From contig CALSCP010000648.1 of assembly GCA_943704425.1 (NCBI GenBank), positions 1-64,000 on the forward strand: a DNA stretch of 64,000 nt. The letters are read 5' to 3'. Below the pieces are notes generated by a model, which was not told the origin of the DNA, searched no databases, and was given only the letters and a program-made list of their open reading frames with translations. Positions within the stretch are counted from its first letter, which is position 1, and the number at the start of each line of letters is the position of its first letter. The translations under genes and the position numbers were made by a program. Shown here one piece after another: positions 27,523-38,991 of this stretch. Source of the stretch: Ministeria vibrans ATCC 50519. Lineage: Eukaryota; Protista; Filasterea.

Positions 27523-28138
27523 GACGGGCGCTGTCGACAAAAAGGAAGCGACGTCGAGAAAATTCCTAATAATAAATAATAATAATAATAATAAAAATCA
27601 TTACCTTGACGTCGCAGTGAACAACTCCAAGCTCGTGAACGTGCACAAGAGCCCGACTGGTGTCTAGGACCACTTGACGAGCATCATAAACGCTCATGCG
27701 TGCCGTTTTGAGGTCCGACGACACGTCCGTGGTGTAGCGGGACATTGAGAAGCCGCTTTGGTGTGCGGGCAGCTCGGAGGGCTCTTCGGGAAGGATCTCG
27801 ACGATGTTCTTATGAGAGCCACAGTACCGAAGCTTTGCTTCGTCGTTTCGCATGTGGCGGTAGGCGGCTCTGTCGGCGATATCGGCCAGTTTCACAGCGG
27901 TGTTTTTTTTGAGGGTGACCCTGTTGAAGAAGCCCGAGACGTCCCCGTGCAAGTCCGCAAGCGCCGTGTGCGTGTCCAAGTCACTCAAACGTGATTGGGA
28001 ACCGTCCGAGCAGACGGTGGAGACACTCGTGCCTCGCATGCGCGAGCGCTTGGCGACAATTGAGTCCGTCGGAGAGTTCTTGTTCGCCATATTCAGATAG
28101 GGATGAAAACGTCGCGTAGTTGAAGTAGAGATATTCAT
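26942..28138 (-). CDS. Divergent Ser/Thr protein kinase (non-RD)
   Basis: AVK, HKNIV, HCDVK|ASNIM (intron 27476-27604), DFGLA, YAAPE, DIYAVG. Confidence 0.85.
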
Positions 28139-28569
28139 AGAATGGGTAATCGGGTATGAAAAGGAGTTTAGAGCGTCGACAACAATACAACAGTGAAAAT
28201 AAAAGTGGTTTATTGGATAAAATTAATTTTATAGCTTTTTTTTTCGAGAAAAAACAAAGTCTCGTTCAACTGAAAAGTGCCAAAACTGCCTTTCTGCTGA
28301 CTTGCCCTTGCAACGCGCAGGACAGTTGGGTTTGTATAACTCTAAACCCCGCCTGGCCGCCTCTGAACGTCGAGTCGTTTAGCATTTCAAGTCGATTTCC
28401 TCAACCCCCTAATTTTTGCGGGTGATTCGCCTGTCGAAATGTCAAAAAAAAAAAAGTGTCCCCTTACAAAAGAACCATTTTCATTTTGAGGGTTCTAAAG
28501 TGGTCTTTCGAAACATGAAAACAAAACAAGCACACGGCAGTGGTTAAGTGGTTAATGGTTTAATGAGAT

Positions 28570-29751
28570 TCAGCAGCCGGGACCACAGGCAAAGGAGTCG
28601 CACTGGTCGACGAGACGAAGAGGAAAGGGCGCAGAGGGAGGGACAAGAGCAAGGAACTGGGCAACGGCGGAGGCCGCAGAAATGCCGTTGACGGTGACAC
28701 GGGCAAAGGAGGCGGACAGGGAGGTGGAGTGTGAGTAGCAGGCCATGGCGTAGAAGACGGTCGAGGGGCGCAGGGATGCACGGCCGGGAAGGGCATTGAG
28801 GCCCGCAACGGTGCGCGATGCAAATGTGGCCGCGTACGACAGCTCTTGGGCGGTTGTCGGTCGATGGCCCACATTGTTGCTGAGCTGGAAGGCATCGTTT
28901 TGCGAAGCAATGACCATGTAGGGAGTTTGCAGAAAAGGAAAGCGATACTCTCCAAAGGCACATTTCCACGCATTCTCCGCACCGCCAAAGTGCTCGACAC
29001 ACTCGGGCCACAACCGCGACGTCACATTGGCAAGTGCCACTGCGGCCTTGGTGGTCTCGTTGAAGCCAATAAAGTGAGAGGGGGGCGTGGCGGCGCGATC
29101 GGGGGACGCATCAATCCAGTAGGGCGAATCGAGAAACCCTCGAATGTGCACGGGATGGGCAATGCCAAAGTCCGCCAGCATCGTCGACACATAGTCTAGG
29201 TTCACCATGGCTCCGCGTCCGCCCGCCGACCCGCCCCCAAACAGCAGGGTCTGGTTGAGACGCCCTCCCAGCCCGTACTTGTCCACCATGAGCCGCAGCG
29301 ACGCCGCCACCGTCTTCTGGCCCTGAAAATGCCATCCAAACGACTCGGAAGAGGCGTTGCGCGCGCCCATGTGCGCATCGCTGGTGCAGTAGCGCAGGAA
29401 GAACTTGTTGGCGCTGTGCAAGGGAGACTCGCTGGCGTCGTCGGACAACAGCCCGCCCAGCCGCATGTGAGCCGTCCACGTCTTGGACGTTGCAAGAGGC
29501 GACGTGCACGCACTGCCCACCATGGCGCATCGCGCGTGGCACGTTGCGGCGTCGTAGCACCAGCCACCGCCCTCCAGATACAGCACAAACAGATCGCGCT
29601 GGGACGACGACGTTTGAGCCGCCGCAACGTACACGCCCCCGCGCGATCCATCCTGGCACACGGCGTCCGCTTCGTCAAACCACTCCACCGACAACGTCTG
29701 GTCGGCGTGCGCCAGGGACGCGAGAACGATGATTAGAAGCAACCAACGCAT
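28570..29751 (-). CDS. Secreted pectin acetylesterase/Notum family carboxylesterase
   Basis: Signal peptide; AVCQDGSRGG; LYLEGGGWC; RYCTSDAHMG; GGSAGG nucleophile elbow; WKCAFG; DAFQL; CYSH. Confidence 0.9.
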   Translation of the reverse strand: MRWLLLIIVLASLAHADQTLSVEWFDEADAVCQDGSRGGVYVAAAQTSSSQRDLFVLYLEGGGWCYDAATCHARCAMVGSACTSPLATSKTWTAHMRLGGLLSDDASESPLHSANKFFLRYCTSDAHMGARNASSESFGWHFQGQKTVAASLRLMVDKYGLGGRLNQTLLFGGGSAGGRGAMVNLDYVSTMLADFGIAHPVHIRGFLDSPYWIDASPDRAATPPSHFIGFNETTKAAVALANVTSRLWPECVEHFGGAENAWKCAFGEYRFPFLQTPYMVIASQNDAFQLSNNVGHRPTTAQELSYAATFASRTVAGLNALPGRASLRPSTVFYAMACYSHSTSLSASFARVTVNGISAASAVAQFLALVPPSAPFPLRLVDQCDSFACGPGC

Positions 29752-30005
29752 CAACGATTTCAAATTTGAGTGAAAATTGAAATTCTAATAAGTTGCGATA
29801 CCCAATGTCACCTCAATGTATACTGAGGAACTGAAAATTGAACCACAATTGAACGATATTTTTGAGTTGAGCTTATTTTGAGACAGTGGATAAACTGGCG
29901 ACGGACGCGACAGTCTGGCGTGGATCGGGTCGTCTCATTTTGCTGATGCACCAACTCAGATTGACTAGTGACTACATTATTAATTTTTGATTAATAAAAT
30001 ATTGC

Positions 30006-30651
30006 ATGTCAGACGGGAACCCCTTTTCGTTCAACTCGTTTCGGAAGGGCAGCAAGGCGGATGGCAGCGGGGGCAGCAGGAAAACGCCCAAGACGTCGCG
30101 CGTCGACATCTTCGCCAGTGCCGACGACGACGACCCGTCGCGACTGGCAGACGCCGCCCTTGCCAGCTCTGCACGGCGCGCGCCCTTGAAGAAGGCCGCG
30201 TCGTCTGGTGCTGCAACCAACAAAAAAGCCGAAAATCCTTTTAGTTTTTCGGGATTCGCAAAGAAAGCACAAACTGTTCCGATTGCGGAAGCCAGAGGTG
30301 ACGACGACGACGACGATGATGATGATGATGATGACGACGACGATGAGGAGGAAGAAGAAGAGGAGACGGACGACGACGACGACGAGGAGGAGGAGGAGGA
30401 GGAGGATGACTCGGACGACGAGTCGCATGTCCCGGTCGCATCGGTTCCTCTTGTCGCGGTATCCATACGCTGCCTCACGCCTCGTGGCGTGCACATGCTG
30501 ATTTCTTTGTCTTGTTTCTTTCTCTAAGACGGCTCCCGCGTCATCGGACGAAGACGGCGACGACGACGATGACGATTCCGACGAGGACGACGACACGAAA
30601 CACCACAAAGGCAATGCAGGTACATCGTCATCACAGACGCGCAGCGCATGA

Positions 30652-30701
<50 letters not shown>

Positions 30702-31632
30702 CTACTACTACTCTACTACTACTACCAACTACACTATAACTAACTACACACTCACAAACACACACACACACGCACACACTAACCCCACCAATTCATTCAA
30801 CGCAATAGGGTCGAGCAGCAATAGTGACGACGACGACAGCGCAGACGGTCCTCCTCCACCCCCCTCTGCTTCTTCAACGCCCACGCACCCATCACACACA
30901 CAGTCACACAATGCACCACAGGAGATCAAACTGCTGAAGCGCCAACTTGTTGCTCGCGACCGTCGCATTGCGGATCTCGAAGCGAAGCTGAGTCGCGCAC
31001 GCGAGAGCGAAGCGGAAGTCAGGGACGAATTGGCGTTGGAGCGCAAAAAAGTCGTAAGGAAAAAGCCCATTCTACAGACTCAGTTTTGACACTCGCACAC
31101 ACGCACGTCACTGCAGACGAAACTGGAACAGAAGATGAGCACAACGGGGAAAAATCTCAAACTGCTGAAAGAAAAGGAGAAACAAGAGACGGATGCACTG
31201 GAAAATATGGTTCAAATGGTCGAACGGTAGCCAGAGACAAAGAAAAGGGTCCGGCACTGCAATCGCCTACTTACCGGCATTTACGAGTAGGAATCTGGCC
31301 ACGACCACAGAAAGGGCAGTGAAGGCGGAAAAACTGGTGAGCAAACTGCAGAGTGAACTGAGGAGCCAATCCGAGAGCAGTGCTCAGGCACAGCTCAGAA
31401 CTGCACAACAGAGCGCCTCCTTTGCCGCAGACCATCTCCAGAACGCCCTTGATGATGCTGATAAGGTTGCCACTTTCCTTTTCTTCTTCCGCTATTGATC
31501 CTTTTTTTTTCTCTCTCTGTTTTTATTATAATTACTATGACGTAGAGTTTTCGACAGTTTGTGTCGAATCGCGAGAAAATGCGATTGGCACTGGAAACGA
31601 TGAAGTCTCTTGGGAAGTTTACCGAACTGTAA
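30006..31632 (+). CDS. ENTR1: Endosome-associated trafficking regulator ENTR1/SDCCAG3-like
   Basis: Two NPFSF motifs, acidic tracts, coiled coil with ETDALENMVQMVERNLATTTERAVKAE and C-terminal ETMKSLGKFTEL. Confidence 0.75.
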
Positions 31633-31784
31633 CGTTTCCGCTCTCGATTTCTCTCTTATGACTTTGTTTCTTTCTCTCCTTTGTATCACTTTGTTTCTTT
31701 CTCGTCTCTCTCTCTCTCGCTATCACTTTGTTTCTTTTTCTCGTCTTTCTGTCTATCACTTGATATTGTACATTTACACACATT

Positions 31785-32326
31785 TTATTTGCGATCACTT
31801 GACTTGCGCCACATTGCTTCGCTCTCGGAGCGCATTGCTCGCACAGTTGCGACTGTGACGCGCGCTGCCTCTTTTCGCTGCCGATGTTCCTCCTGGCGAT
31901 GCTTCTCGTGCTGTGCCATCGCACTCGCAATGTCCGACTCGAGTGCACCCACTCCCGCTCGCATCTCGCTCACAGCCCCGCTTGCAAGCGCACGCAGTCC
32001 ATTACGTGCAGCGTCGGCTTCCTTTGCGGCTGGCGTGTCCGCTTTGCCCAGCAGCCGCTCGATCGACGTGAGCTCCGCTTGACATCTCCACAGTCGTAAC
32101 AAAATAATATAAGAAACATAGTCAAACAATGAAGTTCACAAAGTGTCTCAGACAACACACAGCAAATGCAAGGCATTCGCCCTCCCGTCACAAGTATTCC
32201 ACGGTAACAGCCCTACTTTTCCAAGGCTCTCTGTGCGCTCTTGGGCGCAACCTGGTCGACAGGGTCGATTTCAAAATCATGGTCGAGAAACTCAAATTTA
32301 GCCAAAAGTGGCCGAATATTGTGCAT
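31785..32326 (-). CDS. Hypothetical coiled-coil protein; exon structure unresolved
   Basis: GC-rich, protein-like 3' ORF (31785-~32085) plus a plausible upstream exon from ATG 32326. Confidence 0.4.
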
Positions 32327-32489
32327 AAGACAGCAATGGGCCGTCAAATAGTGGTTTACGGCACGCCGTAGTAACCGTCGTAGGTCGCGATCCATAGGGT
32401 TGGCAAAATGACTGATCGAAAAAAAGTCAAACGAGAATCTTATTAGTCAAAAGACAAAAAGTGAAAAAGTCAAACGTATTCATCAAAAC

Positions 32490-34700
32490 ATGCCGAAGCG
32501 AAGTAAAAGCGGCGGACTTGCCAAGCGTGCAGACGCAGCGGCCAGGGAGCAGCGCAGCAAGGCGCAGGCGGCGGCAGACGCGGTTCCGGAGGAGGAGCGT
32601 GTCGACGCATTCCACCGCGAGCGAACGCGCCGCATGGCCCGCGATATTCAGACATCCCATGGCGTAGCCGGGGCGCGGAGCCTTCGGGCGGGTGCGTTGA
32701 GTGCGTCCAAGGCAGCGGGGCTTGGTGCGAACTCGGATGGGAGCGACGAGGACGATGAGGAGTATGACGACGACGATCACATCGAGGAAGTGCTCGGTTT
32801 GCCTTCGGACGACGACGAGGACGACGAGGAGGACGACGACGAGGACGAAGAGGCGTACGAGGACGACGACGACGACGACGACGACGACGAGTCTGATGCG
32901 CAGGAGGACGACGACGAGGAGGCATCGTGGGGCAAACGGCGCGGCAACTACTATGGCGGTGCGGAGGACGCCAAGAGCGGCAAGGCGACGCCTAGCAAGG
33001 GCCGGGCCAAGTCACAGGCACAGCTGCGCGAAGAAGAGTTTGCAGCGCGCGAATTGGAGCAAAACGAGGAGGCGGAGGCGCGCAAGATACAGCGGAAACA
33101 AATGGCGTCGCTGACGGCGGACGACTTTGGCGACATGTCCTCGTCGGACGACGACGATGACAACAGTGACAACGATGACGACGCCGTCACCGCCGCCGCC
33201 AAAAATAGCAACAGCAGTACGAAGAAGGAGCGCGACGGCGAGCGTATTACACGCGATTTGGCGGCGCTCTCGTCGGACGAGCGACTGGAGATTCTCATGC
33301 GCGACAGTCCCGAAATGCTCGAGCTGGTGGGTCAGTTCCGGGCGCATGTCGACGAACTGCAGATGACGCTGCAGCCGCTAATGAAGCGCGTGGCGTCCGG
33401 TGAGCTTGCGACGCGTTCCGGAATGGGGTTCCTTGAGATGCGCTATCATCTGCTGCTGAGCTACTGCCTCAACATTGCATTCTATCTCATGCTCAAGTGT
33501 GAGGGTCGGTCGGTGCGCGACCACCCCGTCATCGAGCGACTGGTGCAGCTGCGCACAGTGATGGAGCGCATCCGGCCTCTCGAGCGCAAACTGCAGTACC
33601 AGGTGGACAAGCTGATGCGTTCGGCCGACGAGAGTGCGCAGGGCGCACAGTCTGATCTGTCGCATCGCGCCAACGTGTCGCGTCTGCTGGACGACGACAA
33701 TGAGAAGAAGGAGGAGAAGGACGAAGGAAAGGCAAAGGAGACGAAGAGGGTGAAGCAGACGAAGCAGAAGGGAGCGGAGGAGGCGGGAGAGGAAGGGGAC
33801 AGCGACAGTGAGACGGTGAGACGGTACAGTGCGCCGAAACAGACTGCGGTGTACTTTGATGGCGATGACACGCGGGAGGCGAAGCGGGAGCGTCAGATGG
33901 AAAAGAAGAAGCGCAAGGCGATGCGGAGTAGTATGTTTGATGAGATTCAGGAGGAATTCAGTGAGCGACCGCGGGAGATTGCGGATGTGACGGGAATGGG
34001 ACGAGAGTTGGGAAAGAACAAGGTGGAGAAGGAGTGGCGGGAGCGTGAGAAGTACGAGGAGGAGCACTTTCTGCGACTGACCATGACCAAGAAGGACAAA
34101 AAGAAGGCGGTCGAGCGCCAGCGGGAGCTGATGAACGACGGAATGCGGGAATTGACGGACTTTGGGGACTTGAGGGGACTCGATGGGGGAGGAGGTTACG
34201 ATGAGGAGGGCAAGCCGGTGCGGGCGACGCTGCGCGCGGCGATTGGGGAGATGGGGCGGAAGAAGGAAGGGAAGCGCAGTAAGCGCGGGAGAGACGAGGT
34301 GGAAGAAGGGGGGGACGAGACGAACACGATTGACATGAAGAAGCGCAAGCATAGCAGCGAGGCAGACGCATTCTACGACAGCGTGCGGAGTCAGAAGCAG
34401 CTGCGCAAGGCAGAGCTGGAGCAGGCGGATCGTCAGCGTGAGATGGAGGAGCTGGGAATGGACCAAGGGGATGCAGAGGGAAAGCGCGCCATCAGCAAGC
34501 AGATCCAGCAGAACCGCGGACTGACGCCCAAACGGAACAAGGAGAAGAAGAACCCGCGTGTAAAGCACCGCTTGAGCTTCAAGAAGGCGCTCATCAAGCG
34601 AAACAGCACAGTCAAGACGCACAAGCCCGAACTCACCAAGTACAGTGGAGAGGCAACGGGCATCCGCACGACCATCTCTCGCAGTGTTCGTATGAAATAA
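32490..34700 (+). CDS. UTP3: SSU processome component Sas10/Utp3
   Basis: WGKRRGNYY; DSPEM; YHLLLSYCLNIAFYL..K..HPVIERL; C-terminal KRAISKQIQQNRGLTPKR..NPRVKHR..YSGEATGI. Confidence 0.95.
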   Translation: MPKRSKSGGLAKRADAAAREQRSKAQAAADAVPEEERVDAFHRERTRRMARDIQTSHGVAGARSLRAGALSASKAAGLGANSDGSDEDDEEYDDDDHIEEVLGLPSDDDEDDEEDDDEDEEAYEDDDDDDDDDESDAQEDDDEEASWGKRRGNYYGGAEDAKSGKATPSKGRAKSQAQLREEEFAARELEQNEEAEARKIQRKQMASLTADDFGDMSSSDDDDDNSDNDDDAVTAAAKNSNSSTKKERDGERITRDLAALSSDERLEILMRDSPEMLELVGQFRAHVDELQMTLQPLMKRVASGELATRSGMGFLEMRYHLLLSYCLNIAFYLMLKCEGRSVRDHPVIERLVQLRTVMERIRPLERKLQYQVDKLMRSADESAQGAQSDLSHRANVSRLLDDDNEKKEEKDEGKAKETKRVKQTKQKGAEEAGEEGDSDSETVRRYSAPKQTAVYFDGDDTREAKRERQMEKKKRKAMRSSMFDEIQEEFSERPREIADVTGMGRELGKNKVEKEWREREKYEEEHFLRLTMTKKDKKKAVERQRELMNDGMRELTDFGDLRGLDGGGGYDEEGKPVRATLRAAIGEMGRKKEGKRSKRGRDEVEEGGDETNTIDMKKRKHSSEADAFYDSVRSQKQLRKAELEQADRQREMEELGMDQGDAEGKRAISKQIQQNRGLTPKRNKEKKNPRVKHRLSFKKALIKRNSTVKTHKPELTKYSGEATGIRTTISRSVRMK

Positions 34701-34865
34701 GAACGTGCGGATGAGAGAGAGAGAGAGAGGAGGGAAAAAGAGAGAGAGAGAGTTTACATGTGCGTGTGGTATGAAAGGAAACCTTTGAATATTTTTTATT
34801 GTTACAACGAAAAAATGTTATGATAATTATTAGAGTAAGAAAGAATACTGATGGTACAGTGATAG

Positions 34866-36616
34866 TTACTTGAGCTGGAGAAAAACAATGGATTCCACTT
34901 CCAACAGGGCCTGCATGAGATCAGCCTCTGAGGCACCACAACCCTTGGCAATGGCTCTGAGATCACCCGCAATGCGCGTCTCATCAACGGGCGTCACACT
35001 GGACCGCACGCGTTTGAGATAGGCATAGGCCCGATCAAACGCCGTCTGGCCCAGCACATGTACAGCCGACGTGCGCCACTTGTCAATTTTCTCAGAGGTC
35101 GGCTGCAATGCGCGATCTTCCTTCTTCTTCGCGGGCGCAACAGTACTACTACTACTACTACCGCGTGACGTGCGTTTACTCGACGGTTGTGCCGTCGATT
35201 GCAATTGATTGGTCGGTGAAATTCGAATCAGTCTGTTTGGCTCGTGCGCACTTGCGACACTCAGACGCTTCTTGAGAGCTGTCGGAGTGGTCACGGTGCG
35301 CCGTACATGTCCCGCGGCTGGGCTCAACGGCGACTGCGCCACTCCACCACCATTAACACCCCCGGTACTCTGCGAAGACGACGCGCTACCACTGCGACTT
35401 GACGGTCGCACCAGCGGTACAGCAGTTGCAGCGGCAATACTACTCGTTCCGCGCGCACTGGAAGCCACTGCAATGGGCTGCATCAGTCGAATCACCTCAG
35501 CAATCTCTTCTTCCTCCACCTCTTCCACCTCCTCCTCAATCACATCTTCATCCGGCTCCTCCCCATCCTCGTCCTCCTCGCCGTCGCTCTCAGACTCGTT
35601 TTCAAAGTCGTCCTGCAGCGTACACATAAGCAGAGATGAGTGAGTAAGTGAGTGATGATCATAATTATATTACAATGATCATAAATAATTATTGACAGTG
35701 AGTGAAAAGATGAAAATAATCAGGGTATAGATTGTATGTGATTTACGTCATAGAATGATTCTGCGTGTTGCGTGTCACTGGGGATGTGACTTCCGTCCAG
35801 TGATGATCGCACTGACTGTCGTGAGTCGAGTCTATAATAATAAGCAGAGATCAGTCGTTCAGAACAAAATAGGAATAAGATAATTATAAAGATTGCGTTT
35901 ATGCGTCTGTATATTTCAAAATTAATATAACAATACTAATAATAATAATAACTATTATAATTATACCGTTGATCATGAATGGGAGATGGTGAGTGAAACC
36001 GATCGACTCCTACGTACGTATACATGAGATTACAATAATGATATCAACACACTCGCATCCATAAGATTTATATAATCACAATACTAATTAATCTTATTAT
36101 TTTAACGTCATACTAATAATAATAATAATAATAATAATTATTATTATTGTCATAAAATTACTATTATTATTATTACATGACACGCAATTTGACTGTACAT
36201 GTGATGCATGATAAATTATACATAATATATACTTATAGGATTACCGGAGGGCAAGAGGTAGTGAGAATCATAGAGCAAACGCGACTGGTCTGCCTCGCCA
36301 ATAGGCCGTTCGTACACTTCCACATGCACTGTTCCGTCTGCGTTCTCCACCCTCTTCTCCACACGGACAAACCCTTGATCATGATCATGATCTGTGTAAT
36401 AGTCTCGACCATCGTCAGCAAACACATCGTCGCGAGAATCCTGTTCAAGGCCACTGATCTGAGACACACGTAGTGACTCTCGCACAGGCGCATCCATCAA
36501 ATCCATTTCCCAGGGAGCCGCACTGGTCATCTGAGTCAAAACGAAGTCAAAACATTGATCAATTGCGCTAATATAATTATAAATTAATATAATTACAGTT
36601 CATATATAGAACTGCA

Positions 36617-36692
<76 letters not shown>

Positions 36693-38520
36693 GCACGCAA
36701 ACACACACACACGCACACTACCCGTGCATAAAATCGTGTACACACACACATGCGCGTACACATGATGTCACCAGCCCCTACTCATGAACATACGTCGACG
36801 TCACAGTCTACGTATACGTCGTACCTCCAGTCGCTTCTTCTCATGGTCTCCCCCACGGCTCCCCATTCCTTCGCGCGCTCGTCCACTCACTGCCTCGCTC
36901 AGCTCATCCGCTCGTCGATCGGCCTCTTTCTGTTTCCGCAGTCGCATCCGCTCCATTGGAGTCAGTCCACTCAGTTCCGTATCGCTCTCCGGTCGCTCCT
37001 TTTCACTTTCTCTCTTCTTCTCTCGCACCGACTTTCGCTTCTTCTTCCGCACTTTCGGTCTGCGCATGATACATTAAATTAAAAACGGAAGAATTAAAAT
37101 TAATCCTAATATACCCAATGATTTCCGCCAGTTTCTTCCGATTGCGCACAATGGCAGATCCGCTGTGTCTTTTGAGCACATCAATACTCTCATCTACCCC
37201 TCATATAGAATTAGTATGGGCCACGACATATTGCGTACTATGCGTACCGATGGAGTCCCGGACAAACTGATGGGCAAGCAAATCGGCCGCGGAGGGTCGC
37301 TCGTGCGCGTTCTGCTTGAGCAGTGCGTCAATGAGAACTGTTTGTATGGATCGGCTATATAATCGACTCTGTTCACGAGACAACTGCGGTGTGTTGCCCG
37401 CACAGATTTCTGTAATATAGGATATGTACATAAATGATTATAATACGTTAACGATCTTATTATAATTACGAGTGATAACGTCATAATTATATAAATAATT
37501 AAAAAAAATACGTACTGTACATGACTCCCATCAGGTGCTCGCCTGCAAACGCCTGTTCCAGCGCACACATCTCGTACAGCACGCAACCCAGACTCCACAT
37601 GTCCGACTTGGCACCGTACGGTGCGTTTTTTAGGATCTCAGGCGCCATATAGTAGGGCGTACCTAGTGTGCCACGTCGACAATATCGTCAGTATTCGTGC
37701 ATACGTTTCAATCAATGTCGCGCGTCAAGCACGAATATAAATTTCATATAACCTGTAAACGTTTTTGCAACACTGAGTGTGCTGGCGAGCACACAACTGA
37801 TACCAAAGTCGCCAATCTTGGCCATGGTACGCCCTTTGCTCAAGAATATGTTGCTACTCTTGAGATCACGATGGAGGACGCCCATGTTGTGAATGTAGTC
37901 GAGTGCCCCACAAATCTGCGTGAACCAGCGCAACACCTCCTCTGTAGTACAATAAGAATGATATGACACACAAGACGTAATATTAATTGTTTTGCTGCGG
38001 ATCACCACACAAAGCAATGGGTGACACGTGTGTGTGACTATAATGGGCGTGCCTTGGGGAATGTGGTCGTCGTCGCGGCGCACCCTGTCAATATACGTCG
38101 AAAGATCACCTCCTTCGCACAGCTCCTGAACAATGCAGAAGAACTCGTCGTGCACAAACGACGCAATGAAGGCTACTATGAACTTGTGGTCAAGCTCACG
38201 AAGCAGCTTGGCCTCCTGTGCAGTCCCACGCTGCTCCTGCCCGCCAAAACAATGCCATGAGGACGGAGGAGAGTCAATCCAACATTATTATAATTATTGT
38301 CTGAAAACGTTTTTCTTTTCTTCTTTTCTGTCAATTTCTCTTATTTGTTTGTTTCCACCTCGTCGTCCATGGTGTCCTTGATGACAATCTTCTTCAAGAC
38401 ACACTTTGCACTGGTGATCTTGTCGCGCACAACAAAGACAGTCCCATAGTTACCACTCCCCAGTTTGCGCACCGTCTCGTAGCGCTCGTAGAAATGATCG
38501 TCGGGTGACGCGAGCGCCAT
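34866..38520 (-). CDS. NEK11: NIMA-related kinase, NEK11-like (multi-exon)
   Basis: [11 protein letters not shown]; [11 protein letters not shown]; KIGDFGIS; [12 protein letters not shown]; [16 protein letters not shown]; C-terminal [22 protein letters not shown], as in NEK11. Confidence 0.85.
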
Positions 38521-38613
38521 GGCGGATGGCGCGGCTGACGAGTGACGACGAGTGGGACGGAACTGATCAATAGTAAAGAAGTATTAGTCGAGCGAGTGAA
38601 TTCAAGACAGTTT

Positions 38614-38712
38614 CATAGTTACCACTCCCCAGTTCACCCCCAGTTTGCGCATCGTCTCATAGCGCTCGTATAAGTGATCTTCGAGTGATGCAAGTGCCAT
38701 TGCAGATGGCGA
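38614..38712 (-). pseudogene. Degenerate duplicate of the NEK 5' coding end
   Basis: Aligns to 38446-38531: MALASLEDHLYERYETMRKLG vs [21 protein letters not shown], followed by a small frameshifting duplication. Confidence 0.8.
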
Positions 38713-38991
38713 CGGGTGGAGTGCGGTGGCAGAGTAGTGATCAGTTGTGGATCAGTTAGAGGTGAGATCGAGTACTGTCTCAGTGTCTCTACGCGTCTTA
38801 CTCTGTTGCAAAGAACTGTTTCAACAATTTTTGTAGGGCATGTCTGATTCCAGCTGTAATTTGTAAGTAATGTAATCGTTCCGCGTTGAGGATTGTACCA
38901 CTGCTCTATAGATTGGTGGTGCTTTACATTTTTATGACTGATCACTATTCAAAGCCAAAAGTTAAAATTCTTTCTTTTCGCACTCTTCATC

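Noticed and set aside
33378-34622. 414-aa - strand ORF
   Set aside because: Antisense shadow of UTP3/Sas10.
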